DNA from: Rhizaria sp. SCN 62-66
Taxonomy: Eukaryota
Direction: 5' to 3'
Length of the DNA stretch: 28,556 nt
Assembly (NCBI GenBank): GCA_001724265.1
Contig: MEDY01000074.1
Location: 62,001-90,556, forward strand
Shown here in pieces: positions 10,701-21,200 of the stretch. A program made the position numbers and the translations under genes. The notes under the pieces are model-generated. The model saw only the letters and a program-made list of their open reading frames with translations. It did not search any database and was not told the origin of the DNA. Within the stretch, counting starts at the first letter, position 1. Each line of letters opens with the position of its first letter.

Positions 10701-11363
10701 GGCTGGTACCAGTGCGAGATCGGCGACCAGGTCGGCTGGGTCCCCACGCACACCGTCGAACGCATCGGCGGCCCTGCCGCTGGCACCACCGGCAGCGCTG
10801 CCCCCGGCGCGCGCCCCCAGTTGCCTCCCGGCCGCCCCGCCGGCGGCCCTGCTGGCAGCGCTGCTCCCGCGTTTACGGCCGCGCCCGGCGCGCCCCCGCG
10901 CCCCGCCGCGCCCGCTGGCCCGCTCATCACGTCCAACTCGCCCGCCCAGCGCCCGTTCTTCAACTCCCCCGCGCCCGGTAACGCGGGCCCCGGCGGCGCG
11001 AACCCGCACGCGCCGCCCGCGTTTCCGCGCGCGCCCTCGGGTAACGTCGCCGGCGGCGGCGTCGGCGGCGGGCTCGGCCGTCCCGTCATCCCCCCGCCCA
11101 CGCAGCAGCCTCTCAACACGCCCGCGCCCGCGGCCGCGTCGTCCTCGGGCCCCGCGGCCGGCGGCGCGGGCGGACCTGGTGTGCGCGCGCTCACCGGCGG
11201 CTTCCAGGGAATGAACCTTGGCGGCGGCGTCGGTGCCCGGCCCCCGCCGCCCGCGGCGCCCGCGTCGGCCTGGATTGCGCACGTTGACCCCGCCACCGGC
11301 AACACCTACTACGAGAACAAGACGACCGGCGTCACGCAGTGGGACAAGCCCGCCGGTTTCTAA
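7713..11363 (+). CDS. MYO1: Class I myosin (1216 aa): motor, IQ, TH1, SH3, Gly/Pro/Ala-rich region, C-terminal WW
   Basis: P-loop GESGSGKT, switch I NNNSSRFGK, switch II DIFGFE, FEQLCINFVNEKLQQIF, PHYIRCIKPN, YLGLLENVRVRRAGYAYR (class I type), IQAAYRHYLQRR, TH1-like VVFADR...RILMVTNKAVY, SH3 about 10602-10766, WW about 11268-11351. Ends in TAA. An upstream ATG|GTATGT at 7309-7317 spliced to the CAG at 7703 could add four residues. Confidence 0.97.
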   Translation: MATSHQPKRKLAQSELDDLVLLDTISEQRILTVLKNRYSGDSIYTCIGPVLIAINPYRTIPSLYTEAVIRTYRGKKYFEMPPHPYAVTDEAYSALLSHHENQCIIISGESGSGKTETSKIIMQYVSSVSGRGTEVQRVKDRMLSSNPILEGFGNAKTINNNNSSRFGKYMVLHFDYGGDPVGGHVSNYLLEKSRVVGPAVNERNFHVFYQLTAGASQQDRTALYIESPSYYRYLNGTGCLTVDGINDAADWREMSEAFATVGLPDDERREIMRTLSLVLWLGNLTFEETAQEESFPKDQGVVDIIAHLMQISSADVTAGLCVRTITAGTEVFKKPCTLKEAEFNRDTMAKALYSRLFDYLVAKINESIQPPAYEGNVIGVLDIFGFEIFQHNSFEQLCINFVNEKLQQIFIELTLKTEQEEYKAEGIPWTDVPYYNNKPVCDLIEGMPGILSLLDDTCSTNKTDQNFAFAMGQLFAQNECVTCGATDFLVRHYAGEVRYDANGFVVKNKDTLFDDIIMCLQKSPQGFVQYQGWAALDVAGRAKKRPPTVSRVFRDQVKALTTALMSCVPHYIRCIKPNMTKQPNTFDTPMIQRQVQYLGLLENVRVRRAGYAYRSTFERFARRYGVLCPSLVGVRTGTSAEDDKKHVLALTGHLKWTHGKEFAMGHTKIFISEAAVLFNLEELLERKISQAVMVIQAAYRHYLQRRKFMELKALGYEALKTLNKERRRHSLGPAASAPYIGDNLNLRLCQPVQGLLLMSGGAKESVVFADRAHQVVVKERKGLLGRIFSDETKVVTESRILMVTNKAVYLFKLVHDPDANAGGNGAVAKLTFRVTFNQITSLSLSPYSDGYVVVHFPESVGVRDTLLSVRRKTEFLAAVLYACEALSLPAPLRSVTEDRILLNAKKQSYSAITWVKDEAVSPDTARVTKLKTDFTIAVPTGLPFSSSVEPYRPPKVDYVTGGRLALRALADVAGNGVDELAFSAGQILYAIRDEDKGWYQCEIGDQVGWVPTHTVERIGGPAAGTTGSAAPGARPQLPPGRPAGGPAGSAAPAFTAAPGAPPRPAAPAGPLITSNSPAQRPFFNSPAPGNAGPGGANPHAPPAFPRAPSGNVAGGGVGGGLGRPVIPPPTQQPLNTPAPAAASSSGPAAGGAGGPGVRALTGGFQGMNLGGGVGARPPPPAAPASAWIAHVDPATGNTYYENKTTGVTQWDKPAGF

Positions 11364-12378
11364 TCAAGAAGTCGCAGTAATCGCGGTCGCAGGCGCGGTC
11401 AGTCGATAAGATTGGACGACGTTGGATCCGGGGGCAGTGACCCCTGTTTGTACAGCAATGAAACATGTATTATTTTTTTTAGTGTTTAGAATAACAGCTC
11501 GTAGCCATGGCACGAGTTCCAGTCGTAGTAACAGCAGCAGCAGCAGCCAAGGGTCTCGAGGAGGTGTTTTATTCAAAACAGTAGCACTTCTAGCGTCCCA
11601 TGTGATAGTTGTAAGTGTAAGGTAAAACTGAAGTACGTTAGGCTAATTACGTATGACCCAGCGCAAAACAAGACAAAAACAAAATACTGAGCAATCTTTC
11701 TTTCACAACACTTACGTGCTCGTAGTAACCAGCTAAGTTAACAAACGCAATACAAAAGCAAACAATCCCAAGCACAAGTTGGTAATACAATATTGAAGAA
11801 TACAATAACAGCAGCGGTGACGCTACTTTGAGACGTAAACTTGGTAGTGTATGTTTTGATGTTATAAAGAGAGAAGAAGACGCAGCGCGTCGCCGTCAAT
11901 AGTTAGGACAGCGCCGCACCGCGCCCCTACACCCGCCGGAGCATCCCCGAAATAGAGAGGACGACCGGCAGAGCGCAGGAGGGATAGTGAGGAGGTTGGT
12001 GGGCGTCGGTCGATCACATGCGCGCGCAAATCCTCGCAAAGCGGAGGGGACTAGGTGATATCAGTCTCCAGAGAGCGCGCACTCTCACAGACTCACAGAC
12101 AGGGCACGCGGCTTAAGAATCACGCGCACACACAGTGAACTGTAGAGAAAACACGACGTCCGGTTTCGTCTCCCCGCGCAGCACTCCATCGCCGCGATTC
12201 GGCGGCAGCGAGAGAGAGTGCAAGAGAGCGTATTGTGACTGATGACTGTCTGCGGCGTGAGCCAAACCACCCACGGGGGGACTTGACTCACAGCACAGAG
12301 CGAGACAGGACAGAGCAGCGCAGCGCAGACGGCGAGAAGGCAGCCTGGCGACGATGCAGGAACTGGCTGGCAGGCTGC

Positions 12379-12849
12379 TTACGCGTCAACGAGGTCGGGG
12401 GCATCGCCGTTGGCGGCATCCTCGAAGTTGCCTTCGAAGGCAGCCATGTCGGGCATGCCGTCGGGCTTGATGGCGCCAGACGCGGAGAGCTGAGCGAACA
12501 TCTTCTGGAGCTCGGCAATGGAGTCGCCGCCGAGCTGGGTGAGGATGCCGGGGAGGAGCTCCTGGAGGGGCTTCACCTTGTGGTAGCCCTGAACGATCCA
12601 GGCGTTGGCCTCGACGGAGCCGGTGACCTTGGGGCGGGGGAAGTTCATGACGTTGCCATCAGCAAGGAACATGTTGACCTCCTCGATCTGGGGGATGGGG
12701 CGGCCGCCAATCTTCTCGATGACGGTGGTGACCTTCTTGTCCTCAGTGGGGGCAGCGCGGGCGACGGGGGCGACCTTGCGGCGGACACCACCGGTGCGGG
12801 ACGCGGCCTGGGCCTGGAGGGCCTTGAGCTTCTCGGGGTTGATGGGCAT
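12379..12849 (-). CDS. BTF3: Nascent polypeptide-associated complex subunit beta (BTF3/EGD1), 156 aa
   Basis: MPINPEKLKALQ...RTGGVRRK...EDKK...IPQIEEVNMFLADGNVMNFPRPKV...ANAWIVQG...LQELLPGILTQLG. Ends in TAA. The upstream part of the listed ORF is pyrimidine-rich and non-coding-like. Confidence 0.96.
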   Translation of the reverse strand: MPINPEKLKALQAQAASRTGGVRRKVAPVARAAPTEDKKVTTVIEKIGGRPIPQIEEVNMFLADGNVMNFPRPKVTGSVEANAWIVQGYHKVKPLQELLPGILTQLGGDSIAELQKMFAQLSASGAIKPDGMPDMAAFEGNFEDAANGDAPDLVDA

Positions 12850-13364
12850 CGGGACTGTCGTAGAGGAAGAAATGAGTAATGTAATCAAAGCAGAGCGGGT
12901 GTGAGAGAATGTGAAAAAGAACGGAGTATCACGCCTAGACCTCATATCGCCCCCGTACGCGCCCAGGAAGACGACGAAAGAGCGACCGCACGAGCCCAAC
13001 AGACAGAGCGAAGAAAGCACCCTCAACGAAGGCAAAACCAACGTGGCAAGTAGCCGCAATCTAGATCTAGATAGAACATAAACGGAAATATCTGTAAAAT
13101 AAATAAGTCTATCATAGAAGCACGCTAGCAGGCAGGAGCGAGGGATTTCTTCGCGCAGCTGGTCGACTTGGCGCAATCCTGTGGGGCTGGGAAGTTAGGC
13201 CGCCGAACGACCGTGAGTCGACCGCTGATGTATGCTTCAATCGGTGAGTCAAACTGGCCTCTGAGAGAAGTGAAAAGCATCTCCAGTGACATGAAGTTGG
13301 ACGCTTTGAAATAATAAATGCTAGATTTGTATTCTAAAGAACTTGAATTTGAATTATCTACCGT

Positions 13365-13652
13365 TTAATTGCGACGACGAAGCTGCCAGGAGGGGTCAAG
13401 CGCCTTCGGCAAGTCCTCCTCGAAGGGGTTCGCCTTGCCTTCGTCGCTGCGGTCAGCGAGGCTGTCGCTGGGCGCCGTCTCGGTCTAGGTGCCGTTGAAA
13501 AGCTCAATGGAGCCGTCCTTCGCGGGCACGTAGCTCGCGCGGTCCGGCGGGGCGCGCAGCGCGTCGGGCACGGAGCTCAGACGGTCCGCGTTGCGACGGC
13601 GGACGCTCGTCTCGCGCAGCCCAGTGAGCACGAGCTTCGACGGGGGGTTCAT
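13365..13652 (-). CDS. Small unknown protein, 95 codons, with an in-frame TAG at codon 56
   Basis: Polypyrimidine-CAG|ATG, then MNPPSKLVLTGLRETSVRRRNADRLSSVPDALRAPPDRASYVPAKDGSIELFNGT(TAG)TETAPSDSLADRSDEGKANPFEEDLPKALDPSWQLRRRN-TAA. The GC-rich island coincides with ATG to TAA and is flanked by AT-rich DNA. Not in the ORF track. Confidence 0.7.
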
Positions 13653-13869
13653 CTGCGGTAGGAGTCGGAAAGCTATGAAGCTAGGAAAAGGAAATATAAT
13701 AAAAAAGAAGGAACACGCACAAAATGCGGGGGTTTGTGAACGAGTAACTGGAACTTAAGTCAGTAGGGCCGTGATGGTGCAGGTTAACCTCGACTTGACG
13801 ATCATCCCGCCCAACGGAGCTGACAAACCTGACAACTTGAAAAATATTGCACCGCGCCTCGCATTGCTC

Positions 13870-16800
13870 TCAAATGTCGTCGTCAGGTCCCGGCTGAGCA
13901 GTCGACCACTCCTCAGGATCCTGATTATTGTTCGTCGCATTATTGTTGTTGGAGTTGGCGCGTTGGTTGCTAGCGAGGTCGATTGGTGCGATGCCGAAGC
14001 GGCCAGTGGCGGGGCTAGCTGCGCCAACTGAGGCCGCACCGGGCAACGCGCCACCTGGAACGCCTGGGTTGATGTGCACGCCCGCGCCAATCACGCTCAC
14101 ATCAGCCGCAGCTGTGGGGCTGCGGCTGCGTCCAGCGCGGCCCGCGTGGCCAGAGACTCCGCGACGACGCAGTGTCGAGCGCGCGTCTGCAGGAGTGTGT
14201 CGACGATTAGCATCGCTCTCGCTCTCAGGCTCGCTCCTCTCACTGACGCTCTCGCTCTCGCTGTCCTTACCGCCGCGGCTGCGCGTACTGTCCGTGTTCA
14301 CAGGCGCATCGTCAAGCTCGCTCAGCTCCCCGCCAAGCCCGCCCATCGCCGCCGCAGCCGCCGCGACGGAGTCTGCCAGCGCAACGGGACTCGGCGCCAC
14401 AGCCGCGCTACCCGCCGGCCCAGCGCCCGCCGACACCGCGCGACTTGCCGCAGAGCGATTGCTGCCGAGCGACGCGTTGCTGAGGCCCGCGCCGCCGCTA
14501 CTCAGCGCGATGAGACTGTCGCCGCGGCCACTGTCACTGCGGCCGCCGTATCCAGCGGCTGTGAAGTTATCGTCGTCGCTGTCGTCGCCAAGCGCGGATC
14601 CACGGTCCGCGCGCGCTGCCGACGCCGACACCGACGCCGGCCGCGGCGGGCGCGCGCCGCTCACGCCAGCTTTGACTCCAAAACCGGCGCCAGAGCCAGA
14701 GCCGGTGGAGTAGACCGGCGTGGCAGCCGCGGGGCCGAAGCCGCCGCCGCCGCCGTACGCTTGCGCATATGCCAGCGCCTGTGCTTGCTCGTGCCTGAGC
14801 CTACGCCGCGACGGCGTTGACCCAGCAGATCCCGCGGCAGACGCAGCCGATGCAGCGGACGCAGCAGAGGCCGCGGAGGCAGATGACGGCGCGGGCGACG
14901 GCGACCCCCGTGCACTACCATGACCGCCGCCGCTGCCGGTGCCGGTCGCTGAGCCGGCTAGCCCCCCGATTCGGCGCTGCGCACGAGGAGACCGCGAACG
15001 GCCCGGCGAGCCGCGGCCGTAGAACTCCGGCGGCGGCGGGTGGCCTGCGAGTCCGCCGACGCCGTCGCCGTTTCCGTTGCCCGCGTTGCCGAGCACAGAC
15101 GCAATGGCAGCGGCGGTCACACGGTCGCGCAGCTTGGCGACGTCCTCCAGAGTGACCGGCCGGCCCCCGTTGTGGTCGCGCACGTCAGAGTACGCCGCGG
15201 CGAGCACTAAAAGCAGGAACGCCGTGCATGCGGCGGCGAGCAGTGCCGCGATCAGCAGTCCACCGGCGAGGAAAGACGTCAGAAACCAGTGGTGCATGTA
15301 GTACCGCACGCCCTGCAGCCGCGCTGTGAGCGTCAAGTGGCCGGCGACGACAGGCAGCGCGAGACCCAGCGGCGAGCGCACAGTCACGCGCGCCGCCAGC
15401 GCGGGCAGCGCGGCCGAGTCGACGAAGTCTCGCATGAGCAGCAGCGAGTGCGCGCGCAGCGGCGCGACGAGCCCCAGCAGCTGCGGCGCGAACCAGAACA
15501 CCTTGCGCGCAGCACGCAGCCAGACTGCGGCGACGTCGAGCCAGAACGGCAGCCAGAAGAGCTCGGCCGTCCAGTGCGCGGCTCGCAGCGCCAGCGAGAA
15601 GGGGAAGCGGGTGAGCAGCCAGAGCGGCGACAGCGCTGACGCGGCCGTGCCGGGCGCCGCCGCCGTGGCCGCCGCGTCCGCGGGCCCCGCGGCGTGGACG
15701 TGCGCGAGCGGCGAGAAGGGCAGAAACGAGCGCTGCGCGGCCGCGATCGGCACCCAGTGGGGCGCAACCGTGCGCGGGTGGTCACCGGTCTGTTGCTGTT
15801 GTTGCGCAGCAGTATCCGCACTCGCGGCGGCCACGGCGGCGGGCTCTCCGGAGAGGATGGCTTCGAGCAGCGTCTGCCGCCTGCGCTGCGCGGCCGCGGC
15901 GGCGGCGACGACACCGGCGGTATAGAGCACCTCGTCGACGCCGTAGAGCTCGACGGTGACCACGGCGGCGGTGTGGGCGCCCATCGCAGCGGCCTGCGCG
16001 GCGGACGAGTGCGCCACGGTCGCGGGCGCGGTGAGACCCGTGGTGGAGATGTCGAAACCGAGCACGCGCGCGGGCAGCGGCGTGGGCGTCTCCGGCAGCG
16101 TCAAGTCAAGCGTGATGTCGTACCCCTGTTCGGGATCGAGCAAGTGCGATGCCGTCGCGAGCGCGGGCCGCGACAGATGTGCAGTCCAGGACGCAGACGC
16201 GGCCGCGGCCGCCACCGCTGAGGATGCGGCCGTCAGACCTTGCACGCTCTGATTCTCATAGCTCGCGGCGTCACCGTCGCCAGGCGAGTGCTTGTGCGAG
16301 TGTGAGAGTAAATATAGCACTGCGGGCGGCAGACAGCGCACGCGGCCGTCCGCGCCGGGTCGGGCCACCGCCAGTGCGGCGCTTACCGCGGCTGCGACAG
16401 CATCAGCGTCGCCGTCACCAGAGCCAGCCCCGGCCCCAGCGCCAGCGCCGGAGCCCGCGGAGATGGCGTCGCCGCCCTCGGCAGCGGCGGCGGCTGCGGC
16501 GGCGGCCGCGGCGGACGTGTCAGCCGCGTAAAGCGATGACGCGCCCGGCGTAGCCAGATGCAGCGCGCCCGTGGCGGCGGCCGTCGACAGCGCGGCCGCC
16601 ACGGTGAACGGCGACAGCGGCGGCGGGGACACCGGCGCGGCGCCCGGTGCGAGGAGAGCGACGAGCTCGGCCACGGTCAACGCGCTCTCGCGGGCTGCGA
16701 CAGGGCCGCCGGTGCACGCGGGCAGCGCGGACAGAGCCGCAGAGCGCACGGCCGCCAGAAGCCGCCGCTGCGCCTGTGCACGCGCGGCCGCAGCGGGGTA

Positions 16801-17809
16801 GGCGGCTGCAGCGACCGCCAAGTGCGGCGCCTCGGTCATCGTGCGCTCGACACTGTGCAAAGAAGAGAAATATAAAGCATGAACAAGATGTTGTGAAAAA
16901 CAAATTAGTATCATTTTAAATGAAATAAACAACTTTATAGTCAGTAATATGTGTGACACATCAATTTGCCGCTTGATCGACGTACCTGTATGACCAGCTC
17001 TCGGTAAGCGCGCCGGCCGCGCCAGCGACACCGGCTCCGCCGAAGCCCGGCTGATCTGTCAGCGCGAGGGACTCGTAACCAACGCCGGAAACCGTGCCTG
17101 CGGGCGCTGCGATCGCAGGATCGCCGCCGCGTGCGAAGATGGTTGACAGCAAACCCGGCGCGGCGCGCGATGCTGCGGCGGCGTTGGCGAGCAGCAGCGT
17201 CTGTTGAGCCAGCGCCAGCGCGGCAGCGCGCGTGGGCCGTCCAGTCGCGGCGCGCGCGGCGGCGGCGGCTGCGGCTGACGCGGGTGGCGCGGGAGGAGGC
17301 GAGAAGGGCAGGACAGCGGCGCCGCGCGCGTAGCTTTCAGGCGTCAACGCTGGAGTCGCAGGCGCGCGCGGGTTCAGCGCCGACATTAGCGGTGCCCACG
17401 CGACGGGGCCGGTAAAACTCGGCGCTGCAAGTGGCGCAATCGGCGGCGCGTAATCGAATACGAGTGGGATTGTGTGCGCAGTGACGGGGATGACGAAAGC
17501 GTAGATGCAGAGGTAGAGCACAAAGCCGGCGGCCAGCATCGCAAACGCGAAGAAGCAAAAGGCCAAGAACGCCACCAGCGTCACTAGCGCGTACGTCAGC
17601 ACCACCTTGAGTGTCGCGCCGTAGCCCTCAAACCGCGCCGTGAGGTCGTTGATAGGCACCATGGCCTGTGCCTTGAAGTAACCCGGCCACGCAGAGAGTG
17701 GGGTTCCGCTCAGTGTTGACACGACGCGCGATGTCGACGCACCAAGCGCGCGCGCAGCAGCGGCTGCCCGCGTGCTCCAGCGGGGCCGCCGCTCAGAAGG
17801 CGCACGCAT
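13870..17809 (-). CDS. BSCL2: Seipin (BSCL2/Sei1 family lipid-droplet biogenesis protein), about 1268 aa with Ala-rich insertions; exons 17809-16986 and 16852-13870
   Basis: TM1 followed by YAFVIPVTAHTIPLVFDY; LLDPEQGYDITLDLTLPETP; LWLLTRFPF; GHLTLTARLQGVRYYMHHWFLTSFLAGG followed by TM2. These seipin motifs occur in the expected order. Ends in TGA. Start codon uncertain. Confidence 0.88.
16853..16985 (-). other. Seipin intron, 133 nt
   Basis: CAG|GTACGT donor, AT-rich body, TTCTTTGCACAG acceptor; phase-2 join fuses the two listed ORFs (..SWSYS-VERTM..). Confidence 0.85.
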
Positions 17810-18218
17810 CAGAATCAGTCCGTCAGCCAATAGAAAAGAACGTTTGTGCTGTGCTGGGTGGGCTAGGAGCCTACGTCGATGTGTTGAGATGAAGCGGTGA
17901 GTGGTACGATATCAACGACGCGAAATCATGACAAAACGTGAGTTTGAGCACAAATTAACTTAATATCATGTAAATCTTAATGATTAAATATCATATCCCT
18001 CAGAAACAGGCAATTATTACGATCGTATGTATCAATCATCTCAATAAAAAATCGTCTATCGGCTGCCACATCAAAGCGAGTGGTGCCACTGCATTTCCCA
18101 ACGGGTGACTCGAAAAGCAAGCAAAATAGCGGGGTGTGCACTAAATGTAGAGTGTATTGCGGCCGTAAGACCATAATTAGTATTTTTAAAATCAGTTATT
18201 CACTGAGATGACATTAAT

Positions 18219-21200
18219 TCACTCGGAGTCCTCAAGCTCCTTGCGCAGCGCGACGATATGCTCCGCGACCACAATCGACTTGCCAGTCGGGATGGTGTTA
18301 AGCAACGCCTCCTTGAGAGCACGTGCTTCCTCGACGGTGATCTCATCCTCATCATCCGCAGCCGCAGCAGCAGAAGCCGACGCGCTGTCCTTGGTGACGA
18401 TCTTCTGCACAGCCGCGAGCGCGCCGGCGTGCGCCGTAGCAGCAGCGGCGCGCCACACGCGTCCCAAAGCAACCACAGCAGCGTCATTGCTGTGCGCGTG
18501 ACTGATGTTGCTGTCAGCGCCTGACTCGAGCAGCGACTCGCGCAGCGCGCTCTCGCTCGCAACCGCAGTAGCTGCAGCAGCAATGGCACGCGCATCGCCG
18601 ATACTCTCGGTCGTGGCGGTCTCCGGAGCCCAGGCCGCGGTGACAGCGCGCGCCAGCGCAGGCACGCGGCGGAACAGCAGCGCCAGCGACGCCGGCGCCT
18701 CGGGCTGCGGCGGGCACTCGAACTGCGCGAGCGACGCCGCGGGCGCGCCGGCCACGGGCGCAGGCTGCACGGCCGCAAGCAGCGGGAGCCACACGGCCGC
18801 GGCGGCGGCGAGCGCGGGCGCGACGATCTCGGCCAGCGCGGGCGGCACAGTGGCGTTGGCGGCGAGCTCATAAGCGCTCGCGCCGGCGGCGGCGTCCTGC
18901 TCCGCAGCCGGCATGCACGCGTCGGTGAGCGCGGCGACGGCGTAGAAGAGCCGGCCCACTGTCACGAACGGCGGGTAGTCCTCTAGCGCGGGCACCGACT
19001 CACGGTCAGTGGCCTCGGCTGCGCGGGTGAGCGCAGGGAGATAGTGCGTGCGCAACGCAGTGGCGCAGTGCGCGAGGGACTCGGCTACTGAGGCCGCCAC
19101 GTGCTCCAGCACCAGCTCCGCGCGCGCGGGCGCGGGCAGCGCGGGCACGGCGCGCGCAGTGCGGAGCATGCGGGTCAGCGACTGGTTCCGCTCCGCCGCG
19201 CTCTCGCTCGCGGCCGCGTCCTCGGACGACGGCAGCGTGCGGCGCAGCGCTAGGGCCGCGCGCGGCGGGAGCGCGGCGGGGGACTCGATGCGCGCGAGCA
19301 CCAGTAGCGGCACGGGTAGCGACAGCAGCGCCGCGACGGCCGCGCGGGCAGTCTGCGGCGCGCCCAGCTGCGCGAGCGGGGCCGCCTTGCTCAGCGGCGC
19401 GGCGGGCGCTAGTGTGAGGTCGTCGCTCGCGCACAGTGCGCCGAGCAGGAAGCGCAGCACAGGCGCCGCTGGCACGCGCGCGGCGGCGGCGGCCACGGCG
19501 CGCACGATCTCAACGCGCACGCGCACAGGCAGCGGCGGTGGCACGCGCGCAGAGTTGTACGCCGTCGCGACGGGCGACCCCGCGGCCGCGGCGGCGCCGG
19601 TCGGAGGCGTGCACAACACCAGCGTGCCGCCGTCGCTGCCGCGGTACGGGCCCAACCGCGCCGCGCCCGTGGCGGCGCCCGCGCGCGACGCGGAGTAGCG
19701 CACGGCAAAGGCGAGAGCTGTGAGCAGTGAGGGTGTGAGCGTCGAATTGTACTGCAGCGCCGCCAGCACCGCCGCGCGCGTCGCGGGCAGCGCCAGGGGT
19801 GAAAAGAGCGGCCCGGGAACCGTGCCGGTCACGTGCGCCAGCGGCGACGCGCCCGGCTGCGCGCCAGCTGCGGGCAGACGCGGGCACAGCTGCAGCGCGC
19901 GTGCTGCGATGCTGTTCTCCGCGGCAGTGGCAGCAAGGCCGAGACTGACGTCGCTCGCGGCGACAAAGAGACGCAGCAGATCCGCCTGCAGCGCGTCGGG
20001 GTCGACGACGGCGGCAGAGTTGAGGGCCGCGATGAGACGCGCCGCGCGCGGAGTTGAGGCCGCGAACGAGGGGTCTAAGTACGTCGTCGTGAGCCCGCCA
20101 GCGACCGTGGCCGCCAGCGACAGCGCCGCAGACGACGTCGCCGCAGTCGCGCTCGCACCACCATCGTCGGCGTCCGCAGCAGCGGCCACAGCAGTAGCTG
20201 AGGCAGCGGTCGCGTCGGCAGCGGCGGCGGCAGTGCGCGTGGAGGGCAGCCCAACGAGCCCGACGCCAAGCACAGGCGCGAACACCGCGAGACGGCGCGC
20301 GACGGCGTGCTCGGCGGCCTCCATGGCCGCCGTGGCCGCAGCCAGCGCGACGGGGTCGCCCGCGGCCGCCGCACCCAGCGCCGCGTCCGCGCCGGCCACG
20401 GGCGCGTCGGGCGCCGGGTAAGTGCGCAGTGCAAATGCCGTGGCGCGGGCGAGAGCGGCCGCGGCCCAGGGCAGTGGCGTTGACGCGAGCGCGGACCGTG
20501 TGAAAGAGACCGTGAGCGGGCGCCACGAGGGCACCGTGGTGAGCACAGCGGCCGTGAGCTGCGTGAGCGCCGGCAGCCACGATGCGCCCGTGTAGCCGAA
20601 GCGCGACGACGCCCAGGTGAAGCCGCCGCCGGCCGGGTGCAGCAGCGCAAGCAGCAGCGGCGCGCACGCGAGCTTCGACGGCGACAGCGGCGTCAGTGAC
20701 GACTGGGTGAAGAACTGCGTGAAAGTGCCCAGCAGCCACGACTGCACGTGCGGCGGCGAGCGGTGCAGCAGTGACCAGGTCAGCACAAGCAGGTCTGGCA
20801 GCGACGCAGTGCCGAGGTACGTCGTCGGCGCAGGCGTGGAGACAAACGCGGGCGCCAGCGATACTGCGCGGCCGCCGCCACCGCGGCTCTTGCTCTTGCC
20901 GCCGGCGTTGCCGCCACGCGACGCAGCGCGCTGCAGCATCTCGTCCTCGTCGTCTTCGCCATCCTCGTCGCTCTCAGCTTCGTCATCGTCTTCGTTGGTG
21001 TTGTTTGATGCGTCGCTAGCGCGCATGCGGCGCTTGGCCTGGCCCGCAGCAGGCTCCTGCTCCTCTGTAGTTTCGGCATCAGCATCGGCACTGGCGTTCA
21101 CAGCAGTCGACACAGCCTCGCGCGCACGCTTGCCGGCGTTGGCGAGCGCGGCAGCGGCCGGTGTGCCCGCAGCCGCAGCGGCATTCATGTCCGTCTCCGC

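Noticed and set aside
8277-11282. 1001-aa antisense ORF over myosin, and similar long overlapping ORFs (183-1673, 19510-20739, 21210-22493, 25173-26090)
   Set aside because: Shadow ORFs expected from strong GC3 bias on the opposite or shifted frame; no recognisable domains.
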